Shown one piece after another: positions 38,301 to 53,100 of a stretch of DNA of 64,000 nt. The DNA is from Ginglymostoma cirratum (taxonomy: Eukaryota). The notes beneath the pieces were generated by a model. It worked only from the letters and a program-made list of their open reading frames with translations. It ran no database searches and was not told the origin of the DNA. A program made the translations under genes and the position numbers. The stretch is taken from positions 32,220,019 to 32,284,018 of the forward strand of contig JAHRHZ010000019.1 of NCBI GenBank assembly GCA_024137785.1. The letters are read 5' to 3'. Position 1 is the first letter of the stretch. Each line of letters starts with the position of its first letter.

Positions 38301-41300
38301 GTAAGCAAGCCACGGTAGGAGCAGCAGCAGAGCAAGCATGGGCCAACTCCTTGATGTGAGCCACAGCTAGAGTGGGAGCTGAGCTAGTGCAAACCAAGTC
38401 CCGGAAGTGAGCCACGGCCAGAGCCTGGAGCAGGAGCACAGCGAGTGCAAGCCCGGCAGGGGGACAGAGTCCTAGAGGTGAGGCCGGGACAGATACCAGT
38501 GCATGGAGACAGTGAGGCCTCGAGTTCTGAAGCCTAGCGGGGCACGGACTCAGTGGAAAACGACTATTACTCAAGTACTTGAAAGATACTTTTTATAATC
38601 ATTCCGGACTTTTTAAACCCCGTATTCCCATATTAGTCTATTTTTTTCAATTCTCTAACAACACAAAATATCTATAACTAGGTACCCTGTACCTAAGATG
38701 GTGCCGAGAGGCAACATTACAAACTTTTCACTGCACTCATTTAAGTACATGTGACAATAAAGGTTAGTCTATGAGACTCCATTTCCAGTATTTATTGAAT
38801 CCAAATTCCACCATCTGCCATGGTGGGATTTGAATCCAGGTCCCTACTACATTACTGGGGTCTCCGGATCAACAGTCTAGCGATAATAGCACTGGGCCAG
38901 CGCCTGTCCATATCAAGCCGACCGAACTTGAAAGAATAATGGTTTGATGTTGTAAATGGGTGCATTAAAGAAATCTGCTTAATTTGCCATAAAGCTGATT
39001 TGTTTTCCTCAACAATGAAGTCTCCAGTATCTTTACTGTGATATCAAGAAAGACTAGGAACAATCTGTGGCTGGAAAGATTGCCAAAAGATAGGATGTCC
39101 TATAGATTAACACACTTATTGCCGAAGAGCTGACATCAGATGCAAATGACCTTAAAGAAATAAAGGATAACAAGGACAGAACTCCAAACTCAATTCTCTG
39201 CACAGGCAGTCCGACAATGATTGCCACAGATTAAAAAAAAAGGTGGTGTTCTATAAATGTTCGCTTTGGTTTTAGTCCCCAGATGGAATATCATATTTGA
39301 AACGATAGAAGGTGCAGCTCTAATTTATGATTTCATAACAAACCGTAAAGATAAAGAAAATTAGGGCTACCTTGAAATTAATACAACTGTTGATTGATCA
39401 AGTTACATACTTTGGTTTTATATCGGGTTGAAATCCCTCAGGGACCTCCATTCCTTCTAGGTGGGTGTTGGAAAGATTATCTGAAAGGAAAAATAAATGG
39501 AGATACTGTGACTGATCTGGTGATCTTGTAAAGCTATTTTATGTTGCAAATTTATAAATTAGTTATATGCTCATACAATGAAGCTCATTTAAAGCCAACT
39601 CTGAAAACTCAAATCAAGGGTGGGCAACTAAATAAAATTTAAAACCACATGGAAACCTTGAAATATTTCTTTCCTTTATAAAAATAATCATTTTTCTAGC
39701 ACCTCGAATATATATAAAAGAACCTGCATGTCATTTTGGGTCATGGAAGTCAAAACCTTCCCAGGTTAATTACTACTGTTTGATGTATGCCCGTCTTGTC
39801 AAGTGCTTCCAGAATTCTGTTCTTAATCGCATATTAACATTGGCAGGGGAGGGTTTGCAGAACATAAATAGACAGAATAAAAGTAAATGTATATTCCAAA
39901 ATTGAATTTTTGAATATGATTAATGAAATTTAGCAATTTTTAAATAAAAGAAAGCACTACATCAGTTAGTTTGAACTTTGAGTAGTGAGTTCGACCTGAT
40001 ATGAAGGGTCCTGGTTCTTTCTCCATAGAAGTTAACTGGCCTGCTGAGTAGTTCAGATTTCCAGGATTCACAGTATTATGATACAATCTTAACTGGAGAC
40101 AAACATACACAACTCACTTCCATTGTTGAATGACAGGAGTTGGGGCATTAGCAATGAAGTTTTCCAGATCCTTTAATAAATTGTCATGACTTTGCTCATG
40201 ACTTCATATTGTTTCACAACACAGGATTTTAGCAAACATGGTTCAAATTCAAGAATTTTAATATGGGTGAAAATTTGACTTGCGTTTCTTCTAACAGAAG
40301 AACTGTAGCCTGAATGGCACACAATGAGAAACAAATATGATCACATATAACCCATTAAAATAATAAACTGTTTCTTCTGAGGCATTCGATATTAGATTCT
40401 CAAACGTGAGATCAAGTTAGGGTTCTTTAGGTGAGAGCTATTTTATGATGCTCATGAGACAGGAATTAGGAGATATTCTGAAGTTTTCATCACTTATTTT
40501 ACTTGTACAATAACAATTTCATCTTGAAAGATCTATATAGATGGGTGACCTTTTATAGATAAATGTCAAACAAACTTGATTGTTCAACACAATATCACAG
40601 GCAGAAGTATAAATTATCTTTCCTATGAAAAATCTCCCTTGTAATCATAGAAATTTGTATCTTGCAGCAAGGTATTTTTCGCTTATATTCTCATTTTATT
40701 GTATGTTTAACAAAAGGACATGAAACAAAAATTAAGCGTACATCTGATTTTCGTTTTGAAGTACCTGTTTGCTTTTCTTGGATTTTCTTCAGGGCCTTCA
40801 ACTGTTGCAATGTACGTTTCAGCCAATTCGATAAAACAGGAACACCTGCATTGTTTTTTGAACTGTCACTGAAAACAAAAGCACAGGTTTAATTAAACTG
40901 GTAGATGCGCCCAAGTTTCCTCTTAAACCAAATATTTTGCTCCAGTGTTGCTTCTCGAACTGAGTCAAGTAAAACATACAATAACTTGAGCATTTAAATG
41001 AACAAAATCTCAACATCAATGTCTCAGGAAATTAACTCAAGAAAAAATACTGAAGTTTGCAAACCACAATCTTGAGGGATTTTCCAGAACGGCAAGCACA
41101 CAATCTTTTGTTTTACTTGCCAAAGTTGTCAATAAACAAACTCAACATTCAACTACTTAATGTATGTATTCAATGAAGACATTTACAGGTAAGTACTCCA
41201 ACTGATACAGATTAGACTCAGGAGCACGATATGATGATTATGTCTATGGAGTTGGTTGAAGAAGAAATGGCCCAGATCTCTGGCACTCAATACTGTTGGA

Positions 41301-44300
41301 GACCAGGCATCTGTTCAGCCCCAGGCAGAAGACAATTCTCTGGTCACAGCCATAAATGACTTTGTGCAAAGGCACAGGCCCCACAACAGCCAACTGTTTA
41401 GCTAGTATGGAAAGATCCCAAAATGTAATTTTCCAGGAATACATTTTCATCTACAAAATACCACAGTATTTTGACAATATTGACATGCAATGAGGAGGCA
41501 TGCATTATGATATTTTACAGCAATTTTTTTTCCTTGAAAATTTTCTTCGTTTTTTGGGTTTTCTTAAATATTCTTAAGGGTCAAAACTAAACCTTTTACA
41601 TCGAACTTACCATGACTTATCCAGTTTTACACCATTCCAATAATCTCTTGTACTAACCTGTTTTGTACAGCCTTGGCCCTGTTCAAACCATTGACACTGC
41701 AACCAGGGCAAGTCTCCCAATTATTTTCTCCTTTCTTGTAACTACAGTGCAACAGCTTCATTTATTCTGTGTTTGTGTAGCACTCTTCAACACATCTAAA
41801 TATGCAATTGTATTGTTCAGTGGCTCTATTTCTATTTGTCCTAACACAACTGACACCATTCCAGCAATGTTTCCTCCTCCCTTTCCACATGGTTATCTTG
41901 GATAACTGCAACATTTCATCCTTGATATTTTCTGTATGTATACTGTTGTGACCCAGCTCTATGCCTCCAATTCCTTCAGCCACCTTTATTAAAATATCTA
42001 GGATTAATTCATCAATGAAAAACAAGTTTCTTCAATTGAGCATTTGGTCCAGATCAAATTACATATGAGAAATCCACTCCAGAATCCTAAAATTGCTGGG
42101 AAAAATTTACTCATGGGGTAACCAGATAAAAGTTACTCCCTTGAATAGAATGGAAGGCAATGGTGAGGAGGCACACTTGTTGACTACTGCTGCTCATCTT
42201 GCTCCTCCAACCACAGGGTGATTCCTTGCTTACTGCTGACAGGTTCACTGTGAAATACAGAGAGCTGGAGAAACTCAGCAGTCTAGCAGCATCAGTGGAG
42301 AGAAAAAAAATAAAGTTAATGTTTGGAGTCTGATACAACTTCTTCTGAACAGGCTCACTATGAACCATTCATCAGCAAGTGTGGAAGAGAACCAGTCTGT
42401 GATTGAAGCAGTGAGTGGCCACTGGTCAACAAAACAAGAGGTATTGAGGGTGGTAACAGAAGCAAAGGTGGGCTGCTGGGCAAAGGACCAAGAGTAACAA
42501 GCAATGCTAACAGGCCTGGGGGTGGGATAGCTGTCAGGGGTTGGACAGGCTGCAGAGTAAGGGTCAGGCAGACAGACTGTGAAAATAAGTTCGGGTGCAG
42601 GAAAAGAAGAATTGTCAAGGGGAAGTGGGGGCTCCTAAAAGGTGACAAATATGTTCTGGAAAGGATGAGATGCATCTGAAAGGGAAGAGTGGGCCTGCAA
42701 AAGGAAGAACACAGTTTTTGATTTTCGTTAATAGAATACTCACCGAACTGGGCACATGAAAACTGAGGTAATGAACTCCTTACAAAGTAGTGTGAAGTTT
42801 CTAGATTTAAAATGGGAGTTCAGGAACGACTAGAAAGGGGACATGTGATGGAGGCTGTTATAATGAACATGATGTCAATTGCATAATTTAATATTACACT
42901 GTTGTATTTCATAAAGCTTTACATCTTGTTTTATTATAGCTCAAGTCTTCATGTTCTGAATTACTGGAGATGCAGTTTTACAACAAACATGCCTGTTTTG
43001 CTGAGACCTTGCCCGACAACAAAAATTGTTTTTACAGTAATGGTGTCTTGAGCATAGAGGCATATCAGTTTACTAAAAAAAATAATGATTACTAACTTCT
43101 GCCTATTGTCTTATGCCAATTTAAATATTGCAGTACACAAGAAATTAATGGTTTCCTCATGAGTTGCAACGTTAAGTTTAGTGGAGTGGTGATGGAGTTA
43201 TTTGAATTCTGCTTCTGAGAACTCAAATGCACCATATAGCCACAAAAAAAAAAGACAGATAGTATTGTTGCTCAATTATTGAACTAGCAAATGAACAAGT
43301 TAGTGAGACCGAGAAAAGGAGCCAGTGAAAACAAAAAGCAGCCTTTGAAAATTTAGAACTAGTCCTCAAAAGAAAGCAAGAGACCATGAAGAAAATAAAA
43401 AATTAAACCATGATTCAGTTCTTATACCATGGCAAAGTCAGAGAATGACATTTGCAATGTTGGTCAGAGTTGTTTTTATGCATTGGGAGCAACGGGCATT
43501 TGATTGGAGGGATTTAAATAAAATTTCAGGAAAGATGGACACAGACCTGGCGGACAGCAGAGTTGAGGGCTTTGAGAAGTAAAGGGATATTGGGGATGGT
43601 GCATCTATTGGAAAACCAAGCAGGCAAATTCAGTCAAATACTTCTACAAGGAGATATTATAGGAATCTTGAAAGGCAGGAGTATAAAAAACCATTTATGT
43701 CAGTGGACGGTTGGGAAGTTCATGGAAATAGGTTCATGGGTACAGGGACAGGTTTCATAGCTGACAGCAATATGAAAGATTGACATTAGAAAATGTTGAC
43801 AAAGTGTGGCATTCACAAAAAAGCCTGGGCAAGATTTAGTGAAGAGGAAAGCAGTATAAATTTCTGCGCGGATATATTTCAGTAACAAACAAAAACACAG
43901 CAGTAAAGAGGCAGAGGACGGGAAAGGACTTCAAAGTTATTTTTGCACGTCAGGATATTTCTAGAGTAGTGTCAAAGCTTTTGTAAAGCAGAGATGTGGG
44001 AGATAACAGATGAATAAAAACAGCCAAATTAATTGCAGTGTGAAGTGGACAGACAAAAGTTCTATCAAGCACCAATACCAGCTAGATTAGGAACATAAAG
44101 CTGGAGTACAGTAGGCTATTTATTCCATTAATGTAGGTAATGCAATAATCTAACCTGTTCAATGGGTTTCTAGGAGAGGGAAGTAACGGAATAACAGTGT
44201 TGCTCAAACATTCACACAGTGGACAAAGAAATTCTCCATTCTCCACATCATAGCTTGTGTGCACTCTTAACCGCTGCTGTCTCCGCTGCTCCTTTGCTTG

Positions 44301-47130
44301 AACTGCATCAAAGTAACTGGCACATAAAAAGAACAATGCTTCATACATTACAAACAGTACATGAAACACACTGTAAATACATGATTCGATTAGAAATGAC
44401 ACTATCTTTAGAATTTGAAATCTGAACAAGAACATTTTGAAAATAGCGTAAGTGAAAAGTAAAAACCAAAAGTCTCTTAAAACCATGAGCCTCTGAAATT
44501 GTCAGAAAAATGTTACATGGAGCCAATGAAAATTAGCAAACTATACTTATCTTTGCAGTTGAAAGCCTACATGGCAGAAACGTGACACTACAGCAGGCGT
44601 TTAAAAACTTCAGATACATTCCTCCACGTTTTGAATATTTGAAAATCATTACTGATCAGAAGCAAAATGGTTGAAAAGTCATGCTCCTGTCCGCTAGATT
44701 GGACTTGATAATTACTCAAAAACTCTGGACTGCGCAGAGACTCTTTGAACAATCGTTTCATAAAATAGACAAAGTCACCTTGCTTCCCAAAAATAATCCT
44801 TTGGATGAATTGACAAAAAACAATGGACAAGTAAAGACTTGGGCATGGCGGCTGACCGTTCACTTCTTGTCTTTTGCTAGCATATAATTTACAGAAAATT
44901 AATTCGAACAGTCAATCTCAGGAGCTTACTGGTTAAAAAGTATTTGCTATTAGTGCTTGGTACTAACCTCTGCCAACAGTGGGCGTGCATGATGTGTCCA
45001 CAGCTACCTATATGGGTGCCACAGGCCAAATCAGGTGGCATGAACAATGGGTCATGGTTTTCTGATAAGGAGAAAAAGAAATCATACTTCAAAATAAGTT
45101 AAATTATTCAACTTGAAGTTGATAAAGAATATTTTCTGGTACTTGCAACCTGGAAATATTGGTGCTGAACTCCACCTATAAACAGGCCCATGTTTTTAAG
45201 ACCTTGGGCAACATCTATAATATATGCCCCTTATGGTATAATGATACAGTTCTTAAATATACATTGCAAATCACTCGGCAAAATTTAAATATTTAAGGTT
45301 ATTAAGATGCAAATAATATTACAAATTTGTAAAATTTTCCAGCCTACTGAAGTAAAATATAAAACCAAGTTACAGAAGGTCCAACTTCACAGCAACTGTA
45401 ATGTAGTTAATGTAAGAACTTTTACTTTCTACGATCATAAACAACAATGTGAAAAATCACCAGGATCCTGGAAGGTCCTTGTTCTGTTCTTGGACAAAAC
45501 TGTTGACCTCTGAACAAAGGAAGCCAAAACCATTGCTTTGTTGTTCATTCTAATCTCCTGTTCCTCTTGGCACAAAATGCACGTAACAACTTGCTTCTCT
45601 TCAAAAACCCTGGTTTGTCTGGGACCTAAAGCAATCAATGCTGCATCAGGAACTATAGGGCTAGAAATAAAATAAAACAACATTAACACCGTATCAAAAC
45701 AGATTTTATAGGTTACATATATTGCTGAGTAGTAATCATCTAAGTAATCATATTACAACAGCAATTACTATTCAAAGAATACTCACAATTGGCTGAGACA
45801 CTTTACAACATCCTGAAGTAGTGAAGGGCGCAATAAAAAAAGCAAGTATTTTTATACTTCAAAATTGTATACATACATTTAAAACAAATGAAAAAAATCT
45901 CTTTCTGTAGCATCCGCTATCAAGCAACGTGCTTGAGATTGTCTAAAAACTGAAAGACCTACAAATGTTGTGAATCAGAAACAAAAACAGAAATTGGTGG
46001 AAAAGCTCAGCAGGTCTGGTAGCATCTGCTTGAGATTGGATTTTACTTAATGCCTTCAGGTGGTCAAGGAAACCTTTTTTGAGAATCAAACTCTAAAAAA
46101 AGTCACATCTTGTAAGGCTGCAGCTCATATCACCAAGATCATTTGAGGATAAAATTTTGAGATAACACTTCAGACCCTCCCAAATCAATTCTTACATCAT
46201 CTTGAAGCAATGTTGTTCCAGTAATCCAGCATGGTTATCTGGATAGGACACTAATGTAGCAATATGCGGATAACTGGTGACTCCCACTTGGCAAACGCAA
46301 ACATCAAAATGCCAAATGACCAAACCATCACAAAATTCGGAAAGCTTTTTATTCTTTCAAGGAGTCAGTATCCATCAGAAACCTTCTAGTTGACAAATTC
46401 ACGGCACTTCATCCTGCCTAGAAGCAGTTTCTCCATTGATCACGGCAAAATTGTTATTCATTGCTCTCCTATACTACCGTAAGACCGTATGTTTGACTTG
46501 ACTTGCTCGTCTCAGGGTCAAACACTATTGGTCAACTGATTGCAAGCTGTTAAACATACGTCAAAATCCACTTCAGCAGGTTCATTAAGCAACTCACTAA
46601 AGGACTGCAAAATGTATTTAAGGTTAAATGCATCAGGAACTCATTTCCTCTGCTTCCATATTTATGTTCATCACTTGTTGTATTGGATAATGGTCGCATT
46701 GGACCGACAGCTGTTGATAGTCTCTGGAATGACAACACTCAACAGCAAACAGATCAAGGCTGTCCTGAAGTGCAACTCTGAAATTGCAATGCAAGCTATC
46801 ATAGGGCAGATAAGGAGACAAATTTGGTATTCTACCTGAAAATGATTATGTGTATATCACACAGCTGTAGTTTTGATTTATGATCGGATGGCAAAAAAAA
46901 AAAAAAAGGTAGAGTCCTGCTACCCGGATCAAACTCCTCCAAAGGCAATCAGACTAGTGACCAAACATGAAGCAAACTACGTGCTATTCTGCTTTTATCA
47001 TTTCCCCTATACTTTAACCAGGCCACACTTGTATTCTTGATCCCATCATAAGGCATAAAACTCACTTGCACAAATGAAGACACTGATCTCAATTCACTAA
47101 GTATGAAGGGGACAAACTTTCCACTACCAT

Positions 47131-47174
<44 letters not shown>

Positions 47175-50100
47175 TAATTCTTTGATACCATGCCAAGCGC
47201 AACTGCCTCTTCAGAAAATCATGGGAATTTTTAAGAATAACATATGCCAGCACTAAGTGTTCTACGGCTTAGAGCCAGTCTTCTTTGATGTTCATGTTTC
47301 AGCTACCCATTGACATGTTTGTGGCATTCGGTCTTGCATGCCTAATTATTGGGACATTTTTTTTCTTTGCTAGGAAATAGTCAATAATCCTACCCATTGG
47401 ATAGTCAGTATGACTCACCCACATCAAGTATGCTGCTCATCATTTCAATTATGGATCTCTATTCCAACATGTGCTTGGGTATGTTAATGATTTTTGAGTG
47501 AGAAGTTACAGCAACTTCTTTCCTCATCATATTTTATCTTTCATAAGCAGTGATTTACAGCACCATCATTTCTTCTGCACACATCCTTGGCTTTCAACAT
47601 CAAGTTATATCAGAAATGCAAGTGAATGCTGAGTGGTTTTGTTGCAAGTTGATTTTACAGAACACTAACACATCACAAATGAGAAAGTACCCAACATGTT
47701 GTGCCTGACTTCCAACAAATGCAAATGTTACCAATCCTAGTCAATTAGGACCACTTTTGTTCTATTGTTAGGATGCTGATGATCCTAGCTGTATATCAGA
47801 ACATTTGAAATGTCATTTGGTCATAGACTGCATCCTTACCTGCAACCCGTTCAACTCAACTTTAGCAAGATATTGTGTTAAACCTGTTGGAGATATCTGA
47901 TGTTTGGAATTTGGATTTTTAAAACTCGAGTAGCTGGGATTATTTTCAGTTCTGTGATTTTTTTCTTACTTTTTGAAGAGGTCAGAAAGTCAGTCAATCA
48001 GAATACTAAGCTTAACACATCATTTCCAAGAAAGCATGTGATTCAGTTCAGTGCTGAGCACTACAGCTGTGATGCTAAATGATGAAATAGTTATACCAGT
48101 GATTATTATAGATAAAGAAAGCACTCATTCCATTTTGACTTTAGTTCAGAAGAATAAAGAGATCAGTTTCCTCCTAACAGAAAAATTCCCCTGTTCAGGA
48201 GAAGAACAGTCTCTCTGGTTGAAGAGTGTTAGTTTGAGAAATCTCCAAGGCGTGAGAGCTTGTATTGAATTTTTCAAGTTAGAGCTATCGAGTTGTCAAG
48301 GTCACCAGAACTGAAAAGAAGTGTGAGCCATCACAAGAGGAAAATCAGGCAACAGGACTGGAAAGCAGTTGTAGAACTGTCTCAGCAGTCCAAGGAGAAG
48401 AGCTGAAGAGAGTCCATCAAGAAAGAAATTAAGACATGAGGCAGTAGCGTTATTTCTCTGCAATTTTGTCTCTACAAAGGTATATTTATGGGAAACAGTT
48501 TCAAAATTCTTTCTATTTTGGTAGTTTTGCTATTCATGTTCATATCTTTCTAAACTGTCATATTTGCTTTTCTTTTGTATAATAAACTTGCATTCATTTG
48601 TTAAAAAATTTGCATCACATGAATATATTCAGTGGCTAACTACCCATGGTAATATTTTGTGGTTGGTTCCAATTATCATTTATCAAGGCAGTTTTTACTC
48701 TGGGATCTGGCAGAGGCAACATTACCTTCAATTGAGATCATCAGTCTCACCCTGCTGGAGAAGGGAAGAGGGATGTTCGAGGCTGGTGTGCCTAGCTCCT
48801 ACAAAGGTTACAGCCAAGTTAAGAACAATGAGGAACAGTTTACCACATTCACTCAGGATGCACCTTGTGCGTTGGATTGGTAGTAAAGGGGCATATTTAA
48901 ACCTCTCTTATCCAGAATAGCGGCGACAGATCTGGGAGATGATAATACACCAAGGATTTGAGGAGAAAAAGGAAATTGCAGCTAGACTTGTAATTTGGAG
49001 AGGCAAAGGTAAAGGTCAATTCTTTTGTAAAGATATTATGATGCTGGCAGATTTGAAAAGGAGGACAATGTCCAAGGTTGTGAACCATTAATAATATGAG
49101 GTGACATGGGAACAGAGGTTTGGTGGTTCGTAGTTTAGTGGAAATAAGGTCAAGAGAACAGGAAGCGAATGGTATGGATAGGATACGCTTACGGAGGGGA
49201 GATTGTGAGATAGAACAAAAACAATGAAAAAAGTGAGCTGGGTGGGAGAAACCTTCAGGAAGGTTTGACTAAGGGAAGGAAAGGAAAGGAAGCAGCAGAA
49301 GCAGCTGAACAGATGGTTTCAATATACGTGAGAAAGAAATCTACGAGCTCCTCACATGTACTCTTGGTATTCAGGGTGGAGGTGGTGGTGAGGGGGCTTA
49401 AGAAAATGATTTCACGGAGAAGCAAAGCTTTGCGTTGTTTTAGCAATGCAGTAGCAGTTTGGAAAGGAGAGTGCAGGTTCTGATAGTACTTCACCACAAA
49501 TCTGGTGACTAAGTTATCAATATTTCTCCACAAACTTTAAAATCTGTATTCCGTAGTACTGAGAGACCAAAATAAGAGCCACACTGGGAGCCCAGCCATG
49601 GTGAGGGATTAGAATAGTTTTATGGAAAAAGGGCAACAGTGGAGGTGAAGGTGCGATTGAGCATGAATTAGAAAGTGGGAAAGTACACTGACATCAGGAG
49701 AAAAGGAAGAGCATGACACAGGATGAACAACGTTTCCATGAAGGAAGATTAACTTGGTTGATGTATGGTGTTGCGTTAGATAACATTTGCTCATAAGCAA
49801 GTGGTCTCAGTTTAATGACTTGTTAAAATTGCAAATGAAAATTAGACAAAAACATAGCCATTCATTCACTTTTATTTTTAGCTCCACACCTTGTTATCTC
49901 AGACTCCAGCATCGGCAGTTCCTACTATCTGAGTGAATTTTTAGGAGGGAACTGACTCTCAGATCTTTGTCAGTTGCATCCCTGAAAATGCCACTACAGG
50001 ATGCACAAGCCCAGTGACAGCATCCTATTTTCATTACTTCCTCACTAGTGCCAATTTTTCTGTTGAAACATTTGTACTTTGAAGTTCGTAGTTCGGGTGC

Positions 50101-53100
50101 TAACACGATGTGATTAATGATAATGTGACACAATCTAGACAAGAATACAATTTTCCTTCAAAAGTTACTAAAACATACAATGCAACAAACAAATGTCTGA
50201 TATACAACACCTATATGTTTACCCGTTGTCAGTGACGGTGGAAGATGAAGCTTCTAGTTCTTCTAATGTCTGTTGAAATAACTCTCTATTTTCATCTATA
50301 AAATGTCTCTGCATTTCTGACATCTGGGCCAATATCTTCTCCCTTCGCAGCCGGGCAATTTCAGCTTTCCGCTTCCTATCTGCTTTATCTTTATCTCTTG
50401 AACACTAAAAAGGACAATTAACAGTGTGACCAAATACAAAACATAGTTTGCAATGTAATACTTTCAATCTCAAAGGGAAGTGGGAGGGGACAGTTTACTG
50501 GAAGGCAGAAGAGAGAAGCTCACTGCATGTTAAGCATTCTTAGATTGATTAAAAAAATGCTTTAGTCAAATGATAAAGTATCTGGTTTCAATGAAATTCA
50601 ATATCTTGTCATGGTATGCATTGTCCAGTAAAAAAAAATTACAATTTTATCTAATATAAAAGTAATTGTAGACATATAAAAATGCTCATCGATATTACAG
50701 ATGTCAACAAACCTGTAATGAAACAAGTTTATTAATTTAACTTTAAATCACAATCCCTTCAATGGGTCAGGCAGCTTATTGAAGACTAAGCCAAAATTAC
50801 AAGCAAGGTCTCAAAATCAGAAATGGTTTTTGTTTCTGAATTAGCTGCTGTCAGTAGTGCAATGCTGTTATTTCTGGTTTCAGACTTGGAAGTGCTGAGG
50901 AATAAACACTAGGGGTGCTGCCCCTGGGTGTTCTCAAGATATTTAGGTCAATATCAGGTGCCTTGTGCCTACAATTTAACATCAAGCGGGTGTTTATAAC
51001 CAAAGTACACACAAACAAACAGGCATTTCGACGATATGGTGAGGCCTGTTTATGGTACGAACACTAGCAGCTTAAAGAGCCAATGCCTCCAGCAGGATAC
51101 GAAAGGGAAAAGAAGGGAAGGAGAAAAGAAAAATCACAAACAAAAATGAAAAACTGTAACTTAATAAATGATGGGAAGACACAACTGGAAGGGCAAATTT
51201 CAACCAGATCCTGTTATACACAAAATATCCCAAAAATTACAAGAATTGTGACTTTTACAACTGAAAAATTCGTATACTATTAACAAATACTTCTGAAGGA
51301 TTACAATAATTTTTGTGCTTCAGCACATATTTTAGAAAGTACCTTCAAATTTAACAGCTGTACAAAGTCTTGCTTTCTCTTTCAGGAAAAGAAAATGTTT
51401 TAAATGGTCTTACTGTTATGACATTATCTTACCTCTTCTATGCCATGCCCTTCTGTTTCTACAATAGGGGCCGAATTGCTTCGTTCTCTCATCTTTTTAA
51501 CAATTCCAAATAGCTTTAAAACAAAATTCAGTCTTGTTAGAATTGAAAGCAAGTTAATAATCCATTTTATTACTGTTATGTTAACACTCAGTTTTTGCCT
51601 TTCACGTTTCATAAATTTGTGTAATCACAGATGAGGTATACTAGTGTTCACTGTTCTAGGTCTTCCAAATAAAAAGGCCATTTATTTGCTGCTTTGAAAA
51701 TGAATTGGACTTCTCCAAAATACATTTTCAGAATTGAACCTGATGCTCTCATGCCAGTAGCATGAATTATCACAAACTGGGCACAGAATGCATATTCAAA
51801 CAAAAGGCAAATATTAGGGGAATCAGTGGAAGAGCCCAATTCAAAAAGGTAACTCAGGCAATTAACTTGAACGTTTTCTATGGAAAGGTTTTGGACAATC
51901 TGAAATAAGGCTGTCAAAAACAATGATTTCCACCACCCCCACTCCAATTAACTCTAAGTTCTAAGTAACTTGACATGCAGCAAGGCTATGTATCTCAAAG
52001 ATTGCCCAAGTAGCAAAATCCTGTTGCCAATTTTCCTACTTGCTTTTATGTTATGTGCAAAACAACGTAGCAAGTTTTATTATTGGTCCATTAATTAACT
52101 TTAGACTGTTTTACAAATTAAAACTGCGTTTCAATCCATTACATCACTATAAATACATTGTTGATCTTCATACAAAGATGACATACGATGAGGACACATT
52201 TGATAATTGCTTTCTGATTAAGTGCTCAAATTAGTCAAGATTTTCTGTCCCGGTGAATTACAAGCATTTCTTTTTAAAAAGTAATTCTATTTTTATATGG
52301 TACTTGACAGACTGCAACTACTGTCATTGCAAAATGGAACATCTTTCCTCAAAGGTTTGCACATGTTGGAATATGTTAAAAAGCACAGGCATTACAATTT
52401 GCAGGTGTCTATTACATGAAATACACAAGTTGTTTAGGTTACGTAATTGTCACAGAAATCGCTGCTTTTCAGTAATTGCAAATTGTCAAGAAAAATAATC
52501 AATTAGTAGTTTTTAGTTTCAATATATTTCTCAGCTTTGAACTCTGATTGTACCAGTGGTGGCAGGATGAGACTCTTCTTAAGTGAGCATTAATTATCCA
52601 CTGAATTACCCACGGTGAGAAAGCATTCACGAGCTTTCCTGTACAGACTTAATCATGCAGTGGTTGGAAAGTGGTAGGATCCTGACCCCACAACTGTCAA
52701 CCTGCTGAATCGCATGACCACTTCAAAATTAATACCAAGGAAGCATTAAGTTTTATCTGAAGATACTGCAAATGAGTATGGTTAAGTGAATGGGTCAGTA
52801 GTAGGCCAAGTAGAATAAATGCGGGGAAAACGTAAATTTATTCACTTCGGTGGGCAAAAAAAAATAACAAAACCGCACATCTTTCAGCAAGAAGCCAGTA
52901 AATATTGACGGTCAATCAGATTTGGACATCCTTGGACAGTCAACATACCAGTACAGTATCAACTAGGAAAGCAAATTCTATGTTGGCCCTTTTTAAGCTT
53001 GGAGTACATCAAGGGTCTTTCAGCAATTGTACAGGATTTTGGCAACACCACACTTGAAGTACTATGTACAGTTTTGGTGCCATATCCATAACTGATGCAC

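Noticed and set aside
38100-38450. CRISPR-like repeat-spacer pattern
   Set aside because: Vertebrate intron, degenerate repeats, the spacers are themselves duplicated, no cas genes
37994-38574. ORFs on both strands
   Set aside because: Open only because the repeat is GC-rich and stop-poor; no recognisable homology
48068-48760. Possible solo LTR
   Set aside because: TG start and internal AATAAA only; no clear CA end or target duplication
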